Assembly: GCA_049519415.1 (NCBI GenBank)
Contig: JBEKQU010000005.1
Coordinates: forward strand, 37,504-101,503
DNA: 64,000 bases
From: Spirochaetia bacterium
GTDB lineage: Bacteria; Spirochaetota; Spirochaetia; SZUA-6; Fen-1364
Reading direction: 5' to 3'
The translations under genes were made by a program, and so were the position numbers. The notes below the pieces were generated by a model. The model was not told where the DNA came from and searched no databases. It was given only the letters and a program-made list of their open reading frames with translations. Shown here piece after piece: positions 38,855 to 49,478 of the stretch; the first letter of the stretch is position 1; each line of letters starts with the position of its first letter.

Positions 38855-41800
38855 ATGAAGAACGCCCGAGTTTGCATGGGGCCGCGGTATGCCGCGGCAT
38901 GCCTGTTCGCCCTTCTTGCGGCGGCTGCAGTTCCAGCCTTCTCGCAGAACGCGTCCATGGACCTTTATGATCCCGGAACGCTCGCCTCCCTTGGCAGTGG
39001 CGCCGCAGCCGGTGCCCTTGGGGGAATCCCTGGCTTGCCAGGCGCGTCCGTGTTCTCCCTTGCCGTATCTCCGGGCGCTAGCGCGCTCAACCCGGCCGCT
39101 GCCGGCTGGCTGGAGCGCATCACGATCGACGCCAGCTACCTCGGTCTGGCCGGCCTCGGGCCCAGCACGGGGTGGGGCAACCTGGCCAACCTGGGCGCCA
39201 GCTTCCCCACACCGTACGGCGTGATCACGGCGAGCGGGCGCTACCTCGGCTCCACCTTCCCCACCCTGAACGTGGGATCGATGGGGTCATTCAACCTTTC
39301 CTTTGCGAAGGACGTCTATCGCGATCTTTCCGTAGGCGCCGGCCTTGGCTTCCAGATCGGCCAGGACTGGGGACTCGGGCTGGACCTCGGGTTCGTTCAT
39401 GCTCCGGGTGACCTCGGCTTCCTGCGGAACTTCCGCTGGGGAGCCGCGATACGGGGGATCGGGAAGGGCTACAACACCACCAGCATCACCGACGGAGAAG
39501 GCACCGTTCCGCCGTGGTTCACCCCGGACATCGGCACCAGCTTCGACCTGGTCTCCACGGTCCCCTTCTCCCTCTCCGTTGCATCGGACCTGAGCTTCCC
39601 GGCTTTCAGCGACGTGCGCTTCGCCCTGGGTCTGGGGATCGGCATTCTCAACACGGTCAGCGTCCAGGCGTCCTATGCCTTTGACCTGAACGACACGCTG
39701 GCGGGTACCGCCAACTCGTTCCCATTCGGCTTTGGGCTGTTTGCCACCATCCCCATTCAGGGTGCCGGCGACATGGCTGTCACTTCGGCCGGGGCGCCGC
39801 TCTCGGGCGGGGTCTGGGGCTTTGGGCTCGGGACAACCTTCAGCTTGGGAAAGATCGATCGCTCAGCGCCGGCCATCACCCTGGCGAGCACGGAGGATGC
39901 GTACATCTCGCCGGGAACGCAGAGCGCTGACCAGATGCTCTCCGTTCCCCTGACCATCACGGACAGCCGATACCTCAAAGGGTACCGCCTGATCATCTAC
40001 GACAGCACCAGCAAGGTGGTGCGAACCATCGAGACGGTGGATCAGGGACCCACCAGCTCTGGCATCCGCAACTTTTTTGACCGGCTGTTCAGCGCAAAGA
40101 AGAGCATCCCCGTGCCTCAGGCGCTCACCTGGGACGGCAAGGATGACTCAGGCCAGCAGGTTCCGGATGGGACGTACACCTACGCGGTTGAGGCCTGGGA
40201 CGACAACGGGAACCAAGCCCGCATCGACCCCAAGGTCATTGTAAAGACGGTGCCTCCGCAGGTCAGCGTGAGCGCGCCGTACCTGGAGTTCTCCCCAACC
40301 GGCGAAGGAACCAGAGGAAGCCTCACCATCGAGCAATCGGGTACCTCGGAAGACCTCTGGGTTGGGACCATCTACGATTCTTCCGGCAACGAGGTCCGCC
40401 AGTTCCGCTGGACCAACGAACCGCCGCAGACCTTCACTTGGCAGGGCAAGGATACCAACGGCAAGCTCCTTCCGGACGGGACCTACACCTACAAGATCAC
40501 CAGCACGGACCGGGCCGGTAACACGGGAACCGCTACCCTTGAAGGGATCGTCATCAACACCCAGGCGACCCCCATAGATCTCACGACCGATCTGCCGGCG
40601 TTCTCTCCCGGTGGGCAGAGTCCCAAACAAGTCATCCATCTGATACCCACCGTCAAGGTAAAGGACGGCATCGACCACTGGTCCCTGGTGGTGACGGATC
40701 TAGCAGGCTCGGTGAAGCGGACGTACACCGGAACCACGCTGGCGCCCGAGACCATTGCCTTCGATGGCAAGGATAACGAGGGTACGGTGCTGCCGGAGGG
40801 CATGTACCGCGCAACGCTGAACGTCAACTATCGCAATGGGCACAACCCCACGTTGGATTCTCCCGATTTCCTGCTCCGCGTCACTCCTCCCTCGGCAACG
40901 GTCAAAGCGCAGTACCTGGAGTTCTCGCCGGATGGGGTAGGTACGCAGACAAAGCTGCCCCTGGAGCAGAACGGCTCCACGGAGATCCTCTGGCAGGGCT
41001 CCATGGCGGACAGCACAGGCAATACCGTCCGGTCCTACCAATGGAATGAGAGCGCGCCGAAGAGCTTCTCCTGGGACGGCCGGGACGACAACGGAAAGCT
41101 CGTGCCGGATGGCGCCTATACCTATCAGCTCACCAGCACGGACCCCGCGGGCAATACGGGCGGCGCGGAGGTTGCGGGCATCGTGGTGAACACGGTCCCC
41201 ACGCCCGTATCCTTGGCGGTGGATTACTCCGCTTTCTCTCCGACCGGCAATAGCTCCAAGAACATGTTGACCTTCTCTTTGACCGCGCCGGTCAGCCGCG
41301 GCATGACGCGCTGGACTTTGGCAGTCCGGGATCGAACCGGCAAGACCCGGCGCAACTTCTCGGGCACCAGCCCCCTGCCGGCCACGCAGGTCTTTGACGG
41401 CAAGGACGACGACGGCGTTGTCCTTCCCGAGGGGCCTTACAGCGCCACGCTTGCCGTGGTGTACGCGAACGGGCACGCTCCATCTGGAGACTCGCCGCAG
41501 TTCGTCATCGACGTGACTCAGCCGACCGCAACGGTCAGCTCTGACTACGCGGTGTTCTCCCCGATCGGGCAGGGCACCCGGAACCTGGTCACCTTCACCC
41601 AGAGCGCGACAAAGGACGCGGCCTGGACCGGCGTCGTCAAGGATGCGAAGGGGACACCGGTGCGCACGGCAAGCTGGAAGGGCAGGCCGGACGTGAAGTT
41701 CGTTTTCGATGGCCACGGGGATGACGGGAAGCTCTTGCCGGACGGGAAGTATACCTACACGCTCGCCGGGATCGACAACGCCGGCAACATAGGCGGCGCA

Positions 41801-43507
41801 CCCCCCCTGGCCCTGGAGATCGACACCACGGCTACTCCGGCGATCGTTTCCACGGACCTCACCGCGTTCTCACCGAACGGCGACGGCGTGAAGGACACCA
41901 TCAAGATCATTCCCTCCCTCAAGGTCACGACGGGGATCGATTCCTGGGAGCTTCGAGTCAAGGATTCCAAGAGCACGGTGATCCGGCGCGTTTCGGGCAC
42001 CAACTCGGCGCCCGGCGAGTTCACCTGGGATGGCCTGGATGACTCGAAGATCAAGGCGCCGGACGGCACCTACACTTCGGAGCTGGAGGTGCTGTACCGA
42101 AACGGCAACCGCCCGATAGCCCGGACCAACCCGTTCGTCATCGACACGCACTATCCGGCGATCACCGTGACGGCGGACACGCTCCTGTTTGCCCCGACTC
42201 CTGACAGCGCGGTCCAGTCCATCACGATCCACCAGGACTCCAGCGTCGAAGATCAGTGGACCGGGCAGATCCAGGACTCCTCCGGAAAGCCGGTCCGCGC
42301 GTTCTCCTGGAAGGGCAAGGCAGCAGACTTATCCTGGGACGGCACGGATGACAACGGCAATATCATGGCCGACGGCGTGTACCAATACGTGGTCACCTCG
42401 ACCACCCTGGCCGGCAGCAAGACCGAGAAGACGCTGACCGGTCTCACAATCGATACCCGTCCCACCCCGATCTCCATCCAGGCCGCCTCGGAGGGGCTGT
42501 CGCCCAACGGCAACGGAATCCGCGATACCATCGGGCTGAACCTGTCGGTGGGGCTCGCCGACGGGATCAAGAGCTGGAAGCTGTCGATGGTGGAGGCTTC
42601 CAAGGGGGTGCAGAAGACGTTCAACGGACTTCCTCCGGTGCCTGCCTCTATTGTCTGGGACGGCAAGACCGATAGGGGAACCGTGGTCGAAGGGACGTAC
42701 ACGGCCCAGTTCGAAGTACGGTACAGCAAGGGCAGCCACCCCACGGCATCCTCGCAGTCCTTCCTGCTCTCCGTGAGTCCCCCGAAGATCGACCTGCAGG
42801 CCGCGCCACTTCCGTTCTCCCCTGATGGAGACGGCTCCAATGATACGATCACCCTTACGCTGAACGTCACCGACCCGTCGCCCGTGGATTCCTGGGATAT
42901 CACGGTGAACGACCCGGAGGGACACTTCTTCTCCGACTTCTCGGGCAAGGGCGCTCCGACTCCGATCACCTGGGACGGAATGTCGTCGAACGGCGAGCTG
43001 GTGCAGGCCGCGTCGGACTACACGATGAAGGTCACGGTCAGGGACGCGCTGGGCAACGTGGGCACGCTCACCCAGACGCTCCCCGTCGACGTGCTGGTAT
43101 TCCGTGAAGGAGACAAGCTGAGAGTCCGCGTGAGCAGCATCATCTTCAAGGCGGATACCGCGGACTACGTGAACGTACCCGCGGACCAGGCCCAGAAGAA
43201 CATGCAGACCCTGGCCCGGCTGGCCCAGATCTTCCAGAAGTACGGCCAGTACAAGATCCGCATCGAGGGCCACGCCGTCATGGTGAACTGGGACAAGCCC
43301 GAGGCAGGGAAGAAGGAGCAGGACGCCGTCCTGATCCCGCTCTCCAAGGCTCGCGCCGAAGCCGTCAAGGCGGCGCTGGTCAAGCTGGGGATTGACGCAA
43401 GCCGAATGACCACCGACGGTCTGGGCGGGGCTGTACCGATCGTGCCCTTCAGCGATCTGGAGAACCGGTGGAAGGACCGACGCGTGGAGTTTATCCTGGT
43501 GCGATAG
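38855..43507 (+). CDS. giant exported OmpA-family protein with Gly-rich N-terminal domain and ~10 FlgD-Ig-like repeats
   Basis: Signal peptide (AAAAVPAFSQ). The repeats are FSP(N/T/D)GDG...WDGKDDxGxxLPDGTYTY...TDxAGN. The C-terminal OmpA-like peptidoglycan-binding domain ends RRVEFILVR. Confidence 0.75.
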   Translation: MKNARVCMGPRYAAACLFALLAAAAVPAFSQNASMDLYDPGTLASLGSGAAAGALGGIPGLPGASVFSLAVSPGASALNPAAAGWLERITIDASYLGLAGLGPSTGWGNLANLGASFPTPYGVITASGRYLGSTFPTLNVGSMGSFNLSFAKDVYRDLSVGAGLGFQIGQDWGLGLDLGFVHAPGDLGFLRNFRWGAAIRGIGKGYNTTSITDGEGTVPPWFTPDIGTSFDLVSTVPFSLSVASDLSFPAFSDVRFALGLGIGILNTVSVQASYAFDLNDTLAGTANSFPFGFGLFATIPIQGAGDMAVTSAGAPLSGGVWGFGLGTTFSLGKIDRSAPAITLASTEDAYISPGTQSADQMLSVPLTITDSRYLKGYRLIIYDSTSKVVRTIETVDQGPTSSGIRNFFDRLFSAKKSIPVPQALTWDGKDDSGQQVPDGTYTYAVEAWDDNGNQARIDPKVIVKTVPPQVSVSAPYLEFSPTGEGTRGSLTIEQSGTSEDLWVGTIYDSSGNEVRQFRWTNEPPQTFTWQGKDTNGKLLPDGTYTYKITSTDRAGNTGTATLEGIVINTQATPIDLTTDLPAFSPGGQSPKQVIHLIPTVKVKDGIDHWSLVVTDLAGSVKRTYTGTTLAPETIAFDGKDNEGTVLPEGMYRATLNVNYRNGHNPTLDSPDFLLRVTPPSATVKAQYLEFSPDGVGTQTKLPLEQNGSTEILWQGSMADSTGNTVRSYQWNESAPKSFSWDGRDDNGKLVPDGAYTYQLTSTDPAGNTGGAEVAGIVVNTVPTPVSLAVDYSAFSPTGNSSKNMLTFSLTAPVSRGMTRWTLAVRDRTGKTRRNFSGTSPLPATQVFDGKDDDGVVLPEGPYSATLAVVYANGHAPSGDSPQFVIDVTQPTATVSSDYAVFSPIGQGTRNLVTFTQSATKDAAWTGVVKDAKGTPVRTASWKGRPDVKFVFDGHGDDGKLLPDGKYTYTLAGIDNAGNIGGAPPLALEIDTTATPAIVSTDLTAFSPNGDGVKDTIKIIPSLKVTTGIDSWELRVKDSKSTVIRRVSGTNSAPGEFTWDGLDDSKIKAPDGTYTSELEVLYRNGNRPIARTNPFVIDTHYPAITVTADTLLFAPTPDSAVQSITIHQDSSVEDQWTGQIQDSSGKPVRAFSWKGKAADLSWDGTDDNGNIMADGVYQYVVTSTTLAGSKTEKTLTGLTIDTRPTPISIQAASEGLSPNGNGIRDTIGLNLSVGLADGIKSWKLSMVEASKGVQKTFNGLPPVPASIVWDGKTDRGTVVEGTYTAQFEVRYSKGSHPTASSQSFLLSVSPPKIDLQAAPLPFSPDGDGSNDTITLTLNVTDPSPVDSWDITVNDPEGHFFSDFSGKGAPTPITWDGMSSNGELVQAASDYTMKVTVRDALGNVGTLTQTLPVDVLVFREGDKLRVRVSSIIFKADTADYVNVPADQAQKNMQTLARLAQIFQKYGQYKIRIEGHAVMVNWDKPEAGKKEQDAVLIPLSKARAEAVKAALVKLGIDASRMTTDGLGGAVPIVPFSDLENRWKDRRVEFILVR
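39935..43060 (+). repeat. diverged tandem array of ~330-bp coding repeats (alternating A/B FlgD-Ig subtypes)
   Basis: Ten protein-level repeats in an A-B-A-B pattern. The DNA is not identical. Confidence 0.65.
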
Positions 43508-43809
43508 TGGATCCGGACGGCCGGGCGTTCTGCAGGCCGTGAGGGGCAACGCCGGTCTTGATGAGGTGCAGGAGGATCCCTCGGAGCTCGGGTGAACGTG
43601 CATTCTGACGCAGGTGCCCATCGGCGTGTCCTCTCTGCTCGTCATACTCGTGTGCCGCACGAACCGAGAGGGGAAGCGCCGCGGTTCCGCGTGTCCCAAC
43701 GGCAGCGCGCGCGATGGGAAAAACGCCATCGTCCCAGCGCCCGGAACGGATGATCAGCGTATTCATCACGCTCAAAAGTGAGTGGTGCTTCTCCGGCGCG
43801 CTTTTTTTC

Positions 43810-43838
43810 TTGACGGCTGAAAATGAATGATATATGAT
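43810..43838 (+). promoter_or_regulatory. sigma70-like promoter TTGACG-N17-TATGAT for ABC transporter operon
   Basis: Upstream of the GAGGAGG RBS and the ATG at 43886. Confidence 0.5.
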
Positions 43839-43885
43839 GACCCGATATTCAATCATTCCTTTATTATTTAAGAGGAGGTTTCTGC

Positions 43886-45214
43886 ATGAAGCGAAAATGG
43901 GGTATTGGAATTGCTCTTCTGGTGTTGTTCAGCTTCAGCATGCCGCTGTTCGCACAGAAGAAGGTAATCAATCTTTGGAGCTTCACTAACGAAGTTCCCC
44001 AGATGCTCGTGAAGTACATGCAGATGAATCCGAAGGTCGATGCGGCGTATGAGATCAAGACGACCATCGTCGCCACGACGAACGGCGCCTACCAGCCCGC
44101 CCTTGACCAGGCGCTGATGGGCGGCGGCAAGGACGCACCTGATATCTACACCGCTGAGTCCGCGTTCGTGCTCAAGTACACACAGGGCGACGCTGGCCAG
44201 TTCGCCGCTCCCTACAAGGATCTCGGCATCGACGTGGCCACCCTTCTGAAGAAGGCCGACATCGCCCAGTATACGATCGACATCGGCAGCAACAAGGCGG
44301 GACAGCTCGTCGGTCTGGGCTACCAGGCCACGGGCGGTGCGTTCATCTACCGCCGCTCCATTGCGAAGGACGTCTTTGGCACGGACAATCCGGCCGTGAT
44401 CAAAACAAAGGTCGGACCGGGGTGGGACAAGTTCTTCCAGGCGGCTGCCGCGCTGAAGGCCAAGGGCTACGGCATCGTTTCCGGCGACGGAGACATCTGG
44501 CACGCCATCGAAGGCGGCTCCAAGCAGGGCTGGATCGTCAACGGCAAGCTCTTCATCGACAAGGACCGCGAGGCCTTCCTGGATCTTTCCAAGAAGCTGA
44601 AGGACAACGGCTACCACAACGACACGCAGGACTGGACTGACGCCTGGTTCGCCGACATGAAGGATGCCAGTCCCAAGAAGATCTTCGGTTTCTTCGGCCC
44701 CGCGTGGCTCATCAACTACGTCATGGCGGGAAACTCCGGCGGCAAGCAGCCTGGGGAAGGCACCTACGGTGACTGGGCCGTGTGCGAACCGCCGGTTGGC
44801 TTCTTCTGGGGCGGCACGTGGGTCATCGCCAACAAGAACAGCAAGCTGAAGAGCGTCATCGGCGACATCATCGAGTGGATCACCCTCGACAGCTCCGAGA
44901 CCGGTCTGCAATACTACTGGGCGAACGGCACTCTGAGCGGGCCCGGTGGCACCAAGGACACCGTCGCTTCCGGAACCGTTATGAAGATCTCCAACGGCAC
45001 GCTGCCGTTCCTGGGCGGACAGAACATGTTCGACGTGTTCGTTCCCGCGGGCAAGTTCGCCACGGGGAAGAACAAGACCCAGTATGATGAGACCATCAAC
45101 AACATCTGGCGCGGTCAGGTGCGCGAGTACACCGCTGGCAACAAGACCCGCGACCAAGCCATCGCTGACTTCAAGCAGCAGGTCAAGGACCAGCTCGACC
45201 TCGACTCCAATTGA
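43886..45214 (+). CDS. sugar ABC transporter substrate-binding protein (CUT1 family)
   Basis: Signal peptide ending LFAQ. 442 aa with the typical composition of a family-1 solute-binding protein. Confidence 0.85.
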   Translation: MKRKWGIGIALLVLFSFSMPLFAQKKVINLWSFTNEVPQMLVKYMQMNPKVDAAYEIKTTIVATTNGAYQPALDQALMGGGKDAPDIYTAESAFVLKYTQGDAGQFAAPYKDLGIDVATLLKKADIAQYTIDIGSNKAGQLVGLGYQATGGAFIYRRSIAKDVFGTDNPAVIKTKVGPGWDKFFQAAAALKAKGYGIVSGDGDIWHAIEGGSKQGWIVNGKLFIDKDREAFLDLSKKLKDNGYHNDTQDWTDAWFADMKDASPKKIFGFFGPAWLINYVMAGNSGGKQPGEGTYGDWAVCEPPVGFFWGGTWVIANKNSKLKSVIGDIIEWITLDSSETGLQYYWANGTLSGPGGTKDTVASGTVMKISNGTLPFLGGQNMFDVFVPAGKFATGKNKTQYDETINNIWRGQVREYTAGNKTRDQAIADFKQQVKDQLDLDSN

Positions 45215-45225
45215 CCTGATTTCCG

Positions 45226-45257
45226 CTGTGGGCGGACACTGTCCGCCCACAGCTTTT
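45226..45257 (+). terminator. intra-operon hairpin (attenuating terminator) after binding-protein gene
   Basis: CTGTGGGCGGA-cactg-TCCGCCCACAG, an 11-bp perfect stem followed by CTTTT. Confidence 0.65.
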
Positions 45258-45452
45258 CAATACGCTCGGAAAAGACGGTCATCCTTGCTTCTCAATCTTT
45301 CGCAATAAGATGAAACATTGCCGATATTCGATGGAGCCTGAGTTTCGCGGCGAATTGCAAGCCATGGAACGGAAGGCATGCCGGATGGGAAAAAGTCGGC
45401 ACGGGAGTGTCGAGGATGGAAACGCTCGCTCTGTGACGGGAGGTGCACGCTC

Positions 45453-46436
45453 ATGCGGCACAAAAGCGTAAGCTACGCAAAGTACGGCTACTTGTTTTCC
45501 CTACCCTTTGTACTGGCTTTTTTGGTCTTCTCTCTCTACCCCTTGATCTATACACTTGTGATCGGCTTCACGGACCTTCGCGGCCTTGCAAAGACGACCT
45601 TCACGTTCCTGGCAGATCCCTTTCTGAATTACAAAACAATGCTTCAGACGGCAGCGTTCAGGCTCTCCTTGTCCAATACGGCCATTATTTGGGGTGTCAA
45701 CTTCATTCCACAAGTCCTTCTCGCACTTCTGCTCGCTGCCTGGTTCACGAACCGGCGCCTCAAAGTAAGGGGTCAAGGTGCTTTCAAGGTCCTGATCTAT
45801 ATGCCCAACATCATAACGGCAGCAACGATCGCCGTCTTGTTCAACACACTGTTTGGCTACCCCAAAGGGCCGGTGAATGACATTCTCCAGAGCCTGGGCT
45901 GGATCCACGCTCCGCTCAATTTCACCCTCCAAAAATGGACGTCTCGCAATGTCGTGTCCTTCATCCAATTCTGGCTCTGGTACGGGAACACCATGATTGT
46001 GCTGATCGCGGGTATCCTGGGGATCAGTCCGACGCTCTTTGAAAGCGCTGAAATAGACGGTGCGAGCTCGTTCCAGACGTTTTTCAGAATAACGCTGCCG
46101 CGCATACGGACCATAATTCTGTATACCCTGGTGACGAGCCTCATCGGCGGCCTGCAGATGTTCGACATTCCCTGGCTCTACCAATTCGGCGGCCCCGACC
46201 AGGCGACCATGACGGCCGCCGTGTTCATCTACCGACAGGCTTTCAGCGGCAGCTACCTGTACAACCGCGCGGCCGCCGCGAGCATGATCCTGTTTGTTAT
46301 CATCGCAATTCTCTCAAGCATCATCTTCTACATTCTGCGTGACAGGGACGCCATTTTGTTGAAGAAACAGAAGAAAGCCCTGCTCAAGGAAGCAAAATCT
46401 GCGGCGAGACTGGCCGGGGAAGGCGCAGCGATATGA
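45453..46436 (+). CDS. sugar ABC transporter permease (MalF-like)
   Basis: Six TM segments and the EAA region IDGASSFQTFFRITLPRIR. Confidence 0.85.
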   Translation: MRHKSVSYAKYGYLFSLPFVLAFLVFSLYPLIYTLVIGFTDLRGLAKTTFTFLADPFLNYKTMLQTAAFRLSLSNTAIIWGVNFIPQVLLALLLAAWFTNRRLKVRGQGAFKVLIYMPNIITAATIAVLFNTLFGYPKGPVNDILQSLGWIHAPLNFTLQKWTSRNVVSFIQFWLWYGNTMIVLIAGILGISPTLFESAEIDGASSFQTFFRITLPRIRTIILYTLVTSLIGGLQMFDIPWLYQFGGPDQATMTAAVFIYRQAFSGSYLYNRAAAASMILFVIIAILSSIIFYILRDRDAILLKKQKKALLKEAKSAARLAGEGAAI

Positions 46437-47281
46437 GAAGGAATACCGGCATCTCCCGGAACGCTGCGAAGACCGTCATCTTTGTGGTCTGCATTTTTCT
46501 GTCGCTCCTGAGCATCTTCCCATTCTGGGTCATGTTCATAAACGCGACCCGGGGAACCTACGAGATCCAGCAGAGCTCCATCGCTTTGCTCCCCTCGTCA
46601 CATTTCATAGACAATATCAGGATCCTCCTGGGCAAGAGCTTCAACCCTTTGACCGGGTTGGTGAACTCCTTGATAATTTCCTGCAGCGCGACCCTCCTCG
46701 CGGTCTATTTTTCCTCCCTCACCGCCTATGGCCTGGTGGCTTATAGCTGGAAATTGCGCCAGCCTTTTTTCACTTTCATCATGGCGGTTCTCATGATTCC
46801 TGCCCAGGTTGCAGCCATCGGTTTCTATAAATTCATCTATGCGATCCATTTGACGAACACCTTCTGGCCGTTGATATTGCCCGCCATAGCCTCTCCGGCG
46901 ATGGTTTTCTTCATGCGGCAATATCTGCTGGGGACATTGTCTCTCGACATCGTCAATTCGGCAAGAATTGACGGCGCGAGGGAACTCTATACATTCAACC
47001 GGATCATTTTACCCATCATGAAACCGGCCCTGGCAACGCAGGCCATTTTTTCATTCGTATTCAGTTGGAACAATTTTTTCATACCCCTGATCCTCCTTAC
47101 CGACAGCAGGAAATACACGATGCCGATCATGGTGAGTCTTCTCAGGGGAGATATCTACAGGACCGAATATGGTTCCGTGTACCTGGCATTGTCTCTTACC
47201 GTTCTGCCCCTTTTCATCTTCTACTTCGCCCTGTCAAAATACATCATTGGCGGCGTCGCGCTTGGAGCATTGAAGGAATGA
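46433..47281 (+). CDS. sugar ABC transporter permease (MalG-like)
   Basis: EAA region IDGARELYTFNRIILPIMKPAL. Start overlaps the upstream stop. Confidence 0.85.
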   Translation: MRRNTGISRNAAKTVIFVVCIFLSLLSIFPFWVMFINATRGTYEIQQSSIALLPSSHFIDNIRILLGKSFNPLTGLVNSLIISCSATLLAVYFSSLTAYGLVAYSWKLRQPFFTFIMAVLMIPAQVAAIGFYKFIYAIHLTNTFWPLILPAIASPAMVFFMRQYLLGTLSLDIVNSARIDGARELYTFNRIILPIMKPALATQAIFSFVFSWNNFFIPLILLTDSRKYTMPIMVSLLRGDIYRTEYGSVYLALSLTVLPLFIFYFALSKYIIGGVALGALKE

Positions 47282-47531
47282 AATGATAGGCGAAGTTATA
47301 GCCCCCTGCTTCGTCGCCGACCCCCATCCCTCGACGATCTGCTGCGGTACTTCGGGGCACACGCGACACCAACCGGGGATCGAACAATCGGGATCGAACG
47401 GCTGATCGCTGCCTCCGAGCGTCGTTTTCGCCCCATGTTCCCAGAACCCGCGAACTTCTGAGCATGCTCGTCCCCCTCAGAGTGCACCCACCGACTCCGC
47501 CGGCACGTGAGAACCGTGGTTGTCTGCCCGC

Positions 47532-48576
47532 TCAGCCCAGAAGAGGCGGTCCCCTCCGGTGACGCTCCAGGCAGGCGATGATCTTGCAGATCTGAGTCGG
47601 ATCGACGATGACGGCGAGCACCGCCATTCTGCTTCCGCACCTTGGGCAGGCCATCATGTGCAGCTTGTGAACCTTGGCCGGCAGCCGCGCCCAGGCCTTA
47701 CTGCGCGAGAGCACGCCGAGCTGGCGGTGCAGTGGCCCGCCCTGGGCCTGGTCCTTCGGGGCATCGGGGAGCAGGGGATCTTCGGCCGCCTTCCTGCCGT
47801 AGCAGTTGGCGGGCGCGTGCGATCGGAGGGCAGGCCGGTCCTTCCAAGTTCCGCGACCCCAAGCCTCCCGCCGTTTGCTTCGCAACCGAAATGTCGCCAG
47901 GAGCGACGGCGCTGCCGGCCCAGGGAGGAATACAACCCGTAGCGGCGCACGAGGTGCTTTCCCCGAGGAGGGACGTGGAGGGTCAGCTGGGCGATGAAGC
48001 CCAGCGAGGAGTACCTGCGCTGCCTGCCCTTTTGAAGTACCCCGAGGGGGAGGAGGACCAGGTGACGGCGTCCTGCTGCTCGTCCCAGCGGATGCGCTGC
48101 AGGGAAAGCGGGGCACGCACGATGTACTGACACAGCGCCTCGCGCGGTTCCTGGTCCCAGATGCGAGCACCGCTCTCGATGGAGAACCCGGAGTGCTCCC
48201 GGCCGAGGAGCTTGCGGGCGAAGTCGGGATTCAGAAAGCCCTTCTGGAGGAATAGGGCGACCACGCTGCGGCGCCAGATCTCGGAGAGGCCATCGGTGGC
48301 CCCCAGGGGGATGAAGAAGAATCGGTCGTGGCGGTCGAAGCCGCCTTCCAGGACGATGCAGTGCCAGTGGGGATGCCACACGCCGAACTCGCCGAAGCTC
48401 TGGTGGCTGGAGACCATGGCGCAGCGCAGCGTCCTGCCGGCGGCCTGGCTGTAGACGCCCTGCATCATGCGGTAGACGAGCCTGCTTAACGGATGTAAAC
48501 GAAACGCACGTGACCGCCGAATGCAAGGAGGGAATGCTTTACCTGCATGTGCCAAAGGCAGAAAAGGCCAAGGCAA
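47532..48576 (-). mobile_element. IS91-family (rolling-circle, Y2) transposase relic, frameshifted
   Basis: Three consecutive minus-strand frames carry WHPHWHCIVLEGGF...RIRWDEQQDAVTW, then an Arg-rich bridge, then the C-terminal CPRCGSRMAVLAVIVDPTQICKIIACLERH. The N-terminal roughly 100 aa are absent. Confidence 0.6.
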
Positions 48577-48932
48577 AAGCGATAGACGTGAAGGTTGGCT
48601 GATGAAGGTTCAAGATTCAATTGGTGACGCTTTTTCATCCGATTGTGGCAGTCTCGTAAAATGGGCCCTTGAAACCGCTCCCGTGGGTCCGCTGTACTTT
48701 CTGGAACCTTTTCGATCATAGCAGAAGAGGGTGCAGGTCGATCCCGCCCCGGGGGATCTTCACACGCGCTGGACCAAAACTCTGTTTCACGCAATAATTG
48801 CGGCATGGCAAAGATGCGGAGAGGCGCAACAAAAGAGAAAGCCACGATGTCGCCAGCGCGTAGACGGAATTGCGGAAATGCGATGAGGACAGCCGCGGCC
48901 AGCAGGACGCACGGAAAGGAGCGGGCTCCAAA

Positions 48933-49478
48933 ATGAAAACAAATCTGCCGATTCTCGTCTCTTCCCTTGCCGCCCTGGCGCTGTTCGGCTGCGCGGGCGT
49001 TCCCCGAGGCCTAGGACCGCTGCCGCTCGTGGAGAGTGTTGATACCCAGAGGTATCTCGGCCGCTGGTACGAGATCGCCCGGTACACGCACAGCTTTGAG
49101 AGGTCCCTCGTCGGGGTCACCGCAGAATACAGCGTTCGCGGTGACGGCAGGATTCAGGTGATCAACAGCGGTTTCAGAAACAGCCTGGACGGACGGTACA
49201 CAGACGCGAAGGGTGTCGCATGGATTCCCGATCCGCGTCGGCCCGCGGCGCTGAAGGTGAGCTTCTTCTGGCCGTTCGCTGCGGACTACCTCATTTTTGG
49301 CCTCGACCGGGAGAACTACTCCTGGGCCCTGGTCGGCGACAACTCACGGGGCTATCTCTGGTTTCTGGCCCGGACGCCCGAGATCAGCGACGAGCTGTTT
49401 CAGAAAATGCAGCAGATAGCGCGGGACCAGGGCTACGACCTGTCGAAGCTGGACAAGGTTCCGCAGAAACCGAGGTAG
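48933..49478 (+). CDS. blc: bacterial lipocalin Blc (outer-membrane lipoprotein)
   Basis: Lipobox LFGCAG, the YLGRWYEIAR lipocalin motif and YLWFLARTP. Confidence 0.8.
   Translation: MKTNLPILVSSLAALALFGCAGVPRGLGPLPLVESVDTQRYLGRWYEIARYTHSFERSLVGVTAEYSVRGDGRIQVINSGFRNSLDGRYTDAKGVAWIPDPRRPAALKVSFFWPFAADYLIFGLDRENYSWALVGDNSRGYLWFLARTPEISDELFQKMQQIARDQGYDLSKLDKVPQKPR

Noticed and set aside
43507-43886. Possible small RNA in the 380-bp spacer after the giant OmpA gene
   Set aside because: Only weak, imperfect hairpins and a spurious minus-strand ORF. The region is better explained as a terminator plus promoter spacer for the ABC operon.
47654-48526. 290-aa Arg-rich ORF as an independent gene
   Set aside because: It is one of three overlapping frames across the IS91 transposase relic. 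Its translation is low-complexity and bridges the two genuine transposase blocks.
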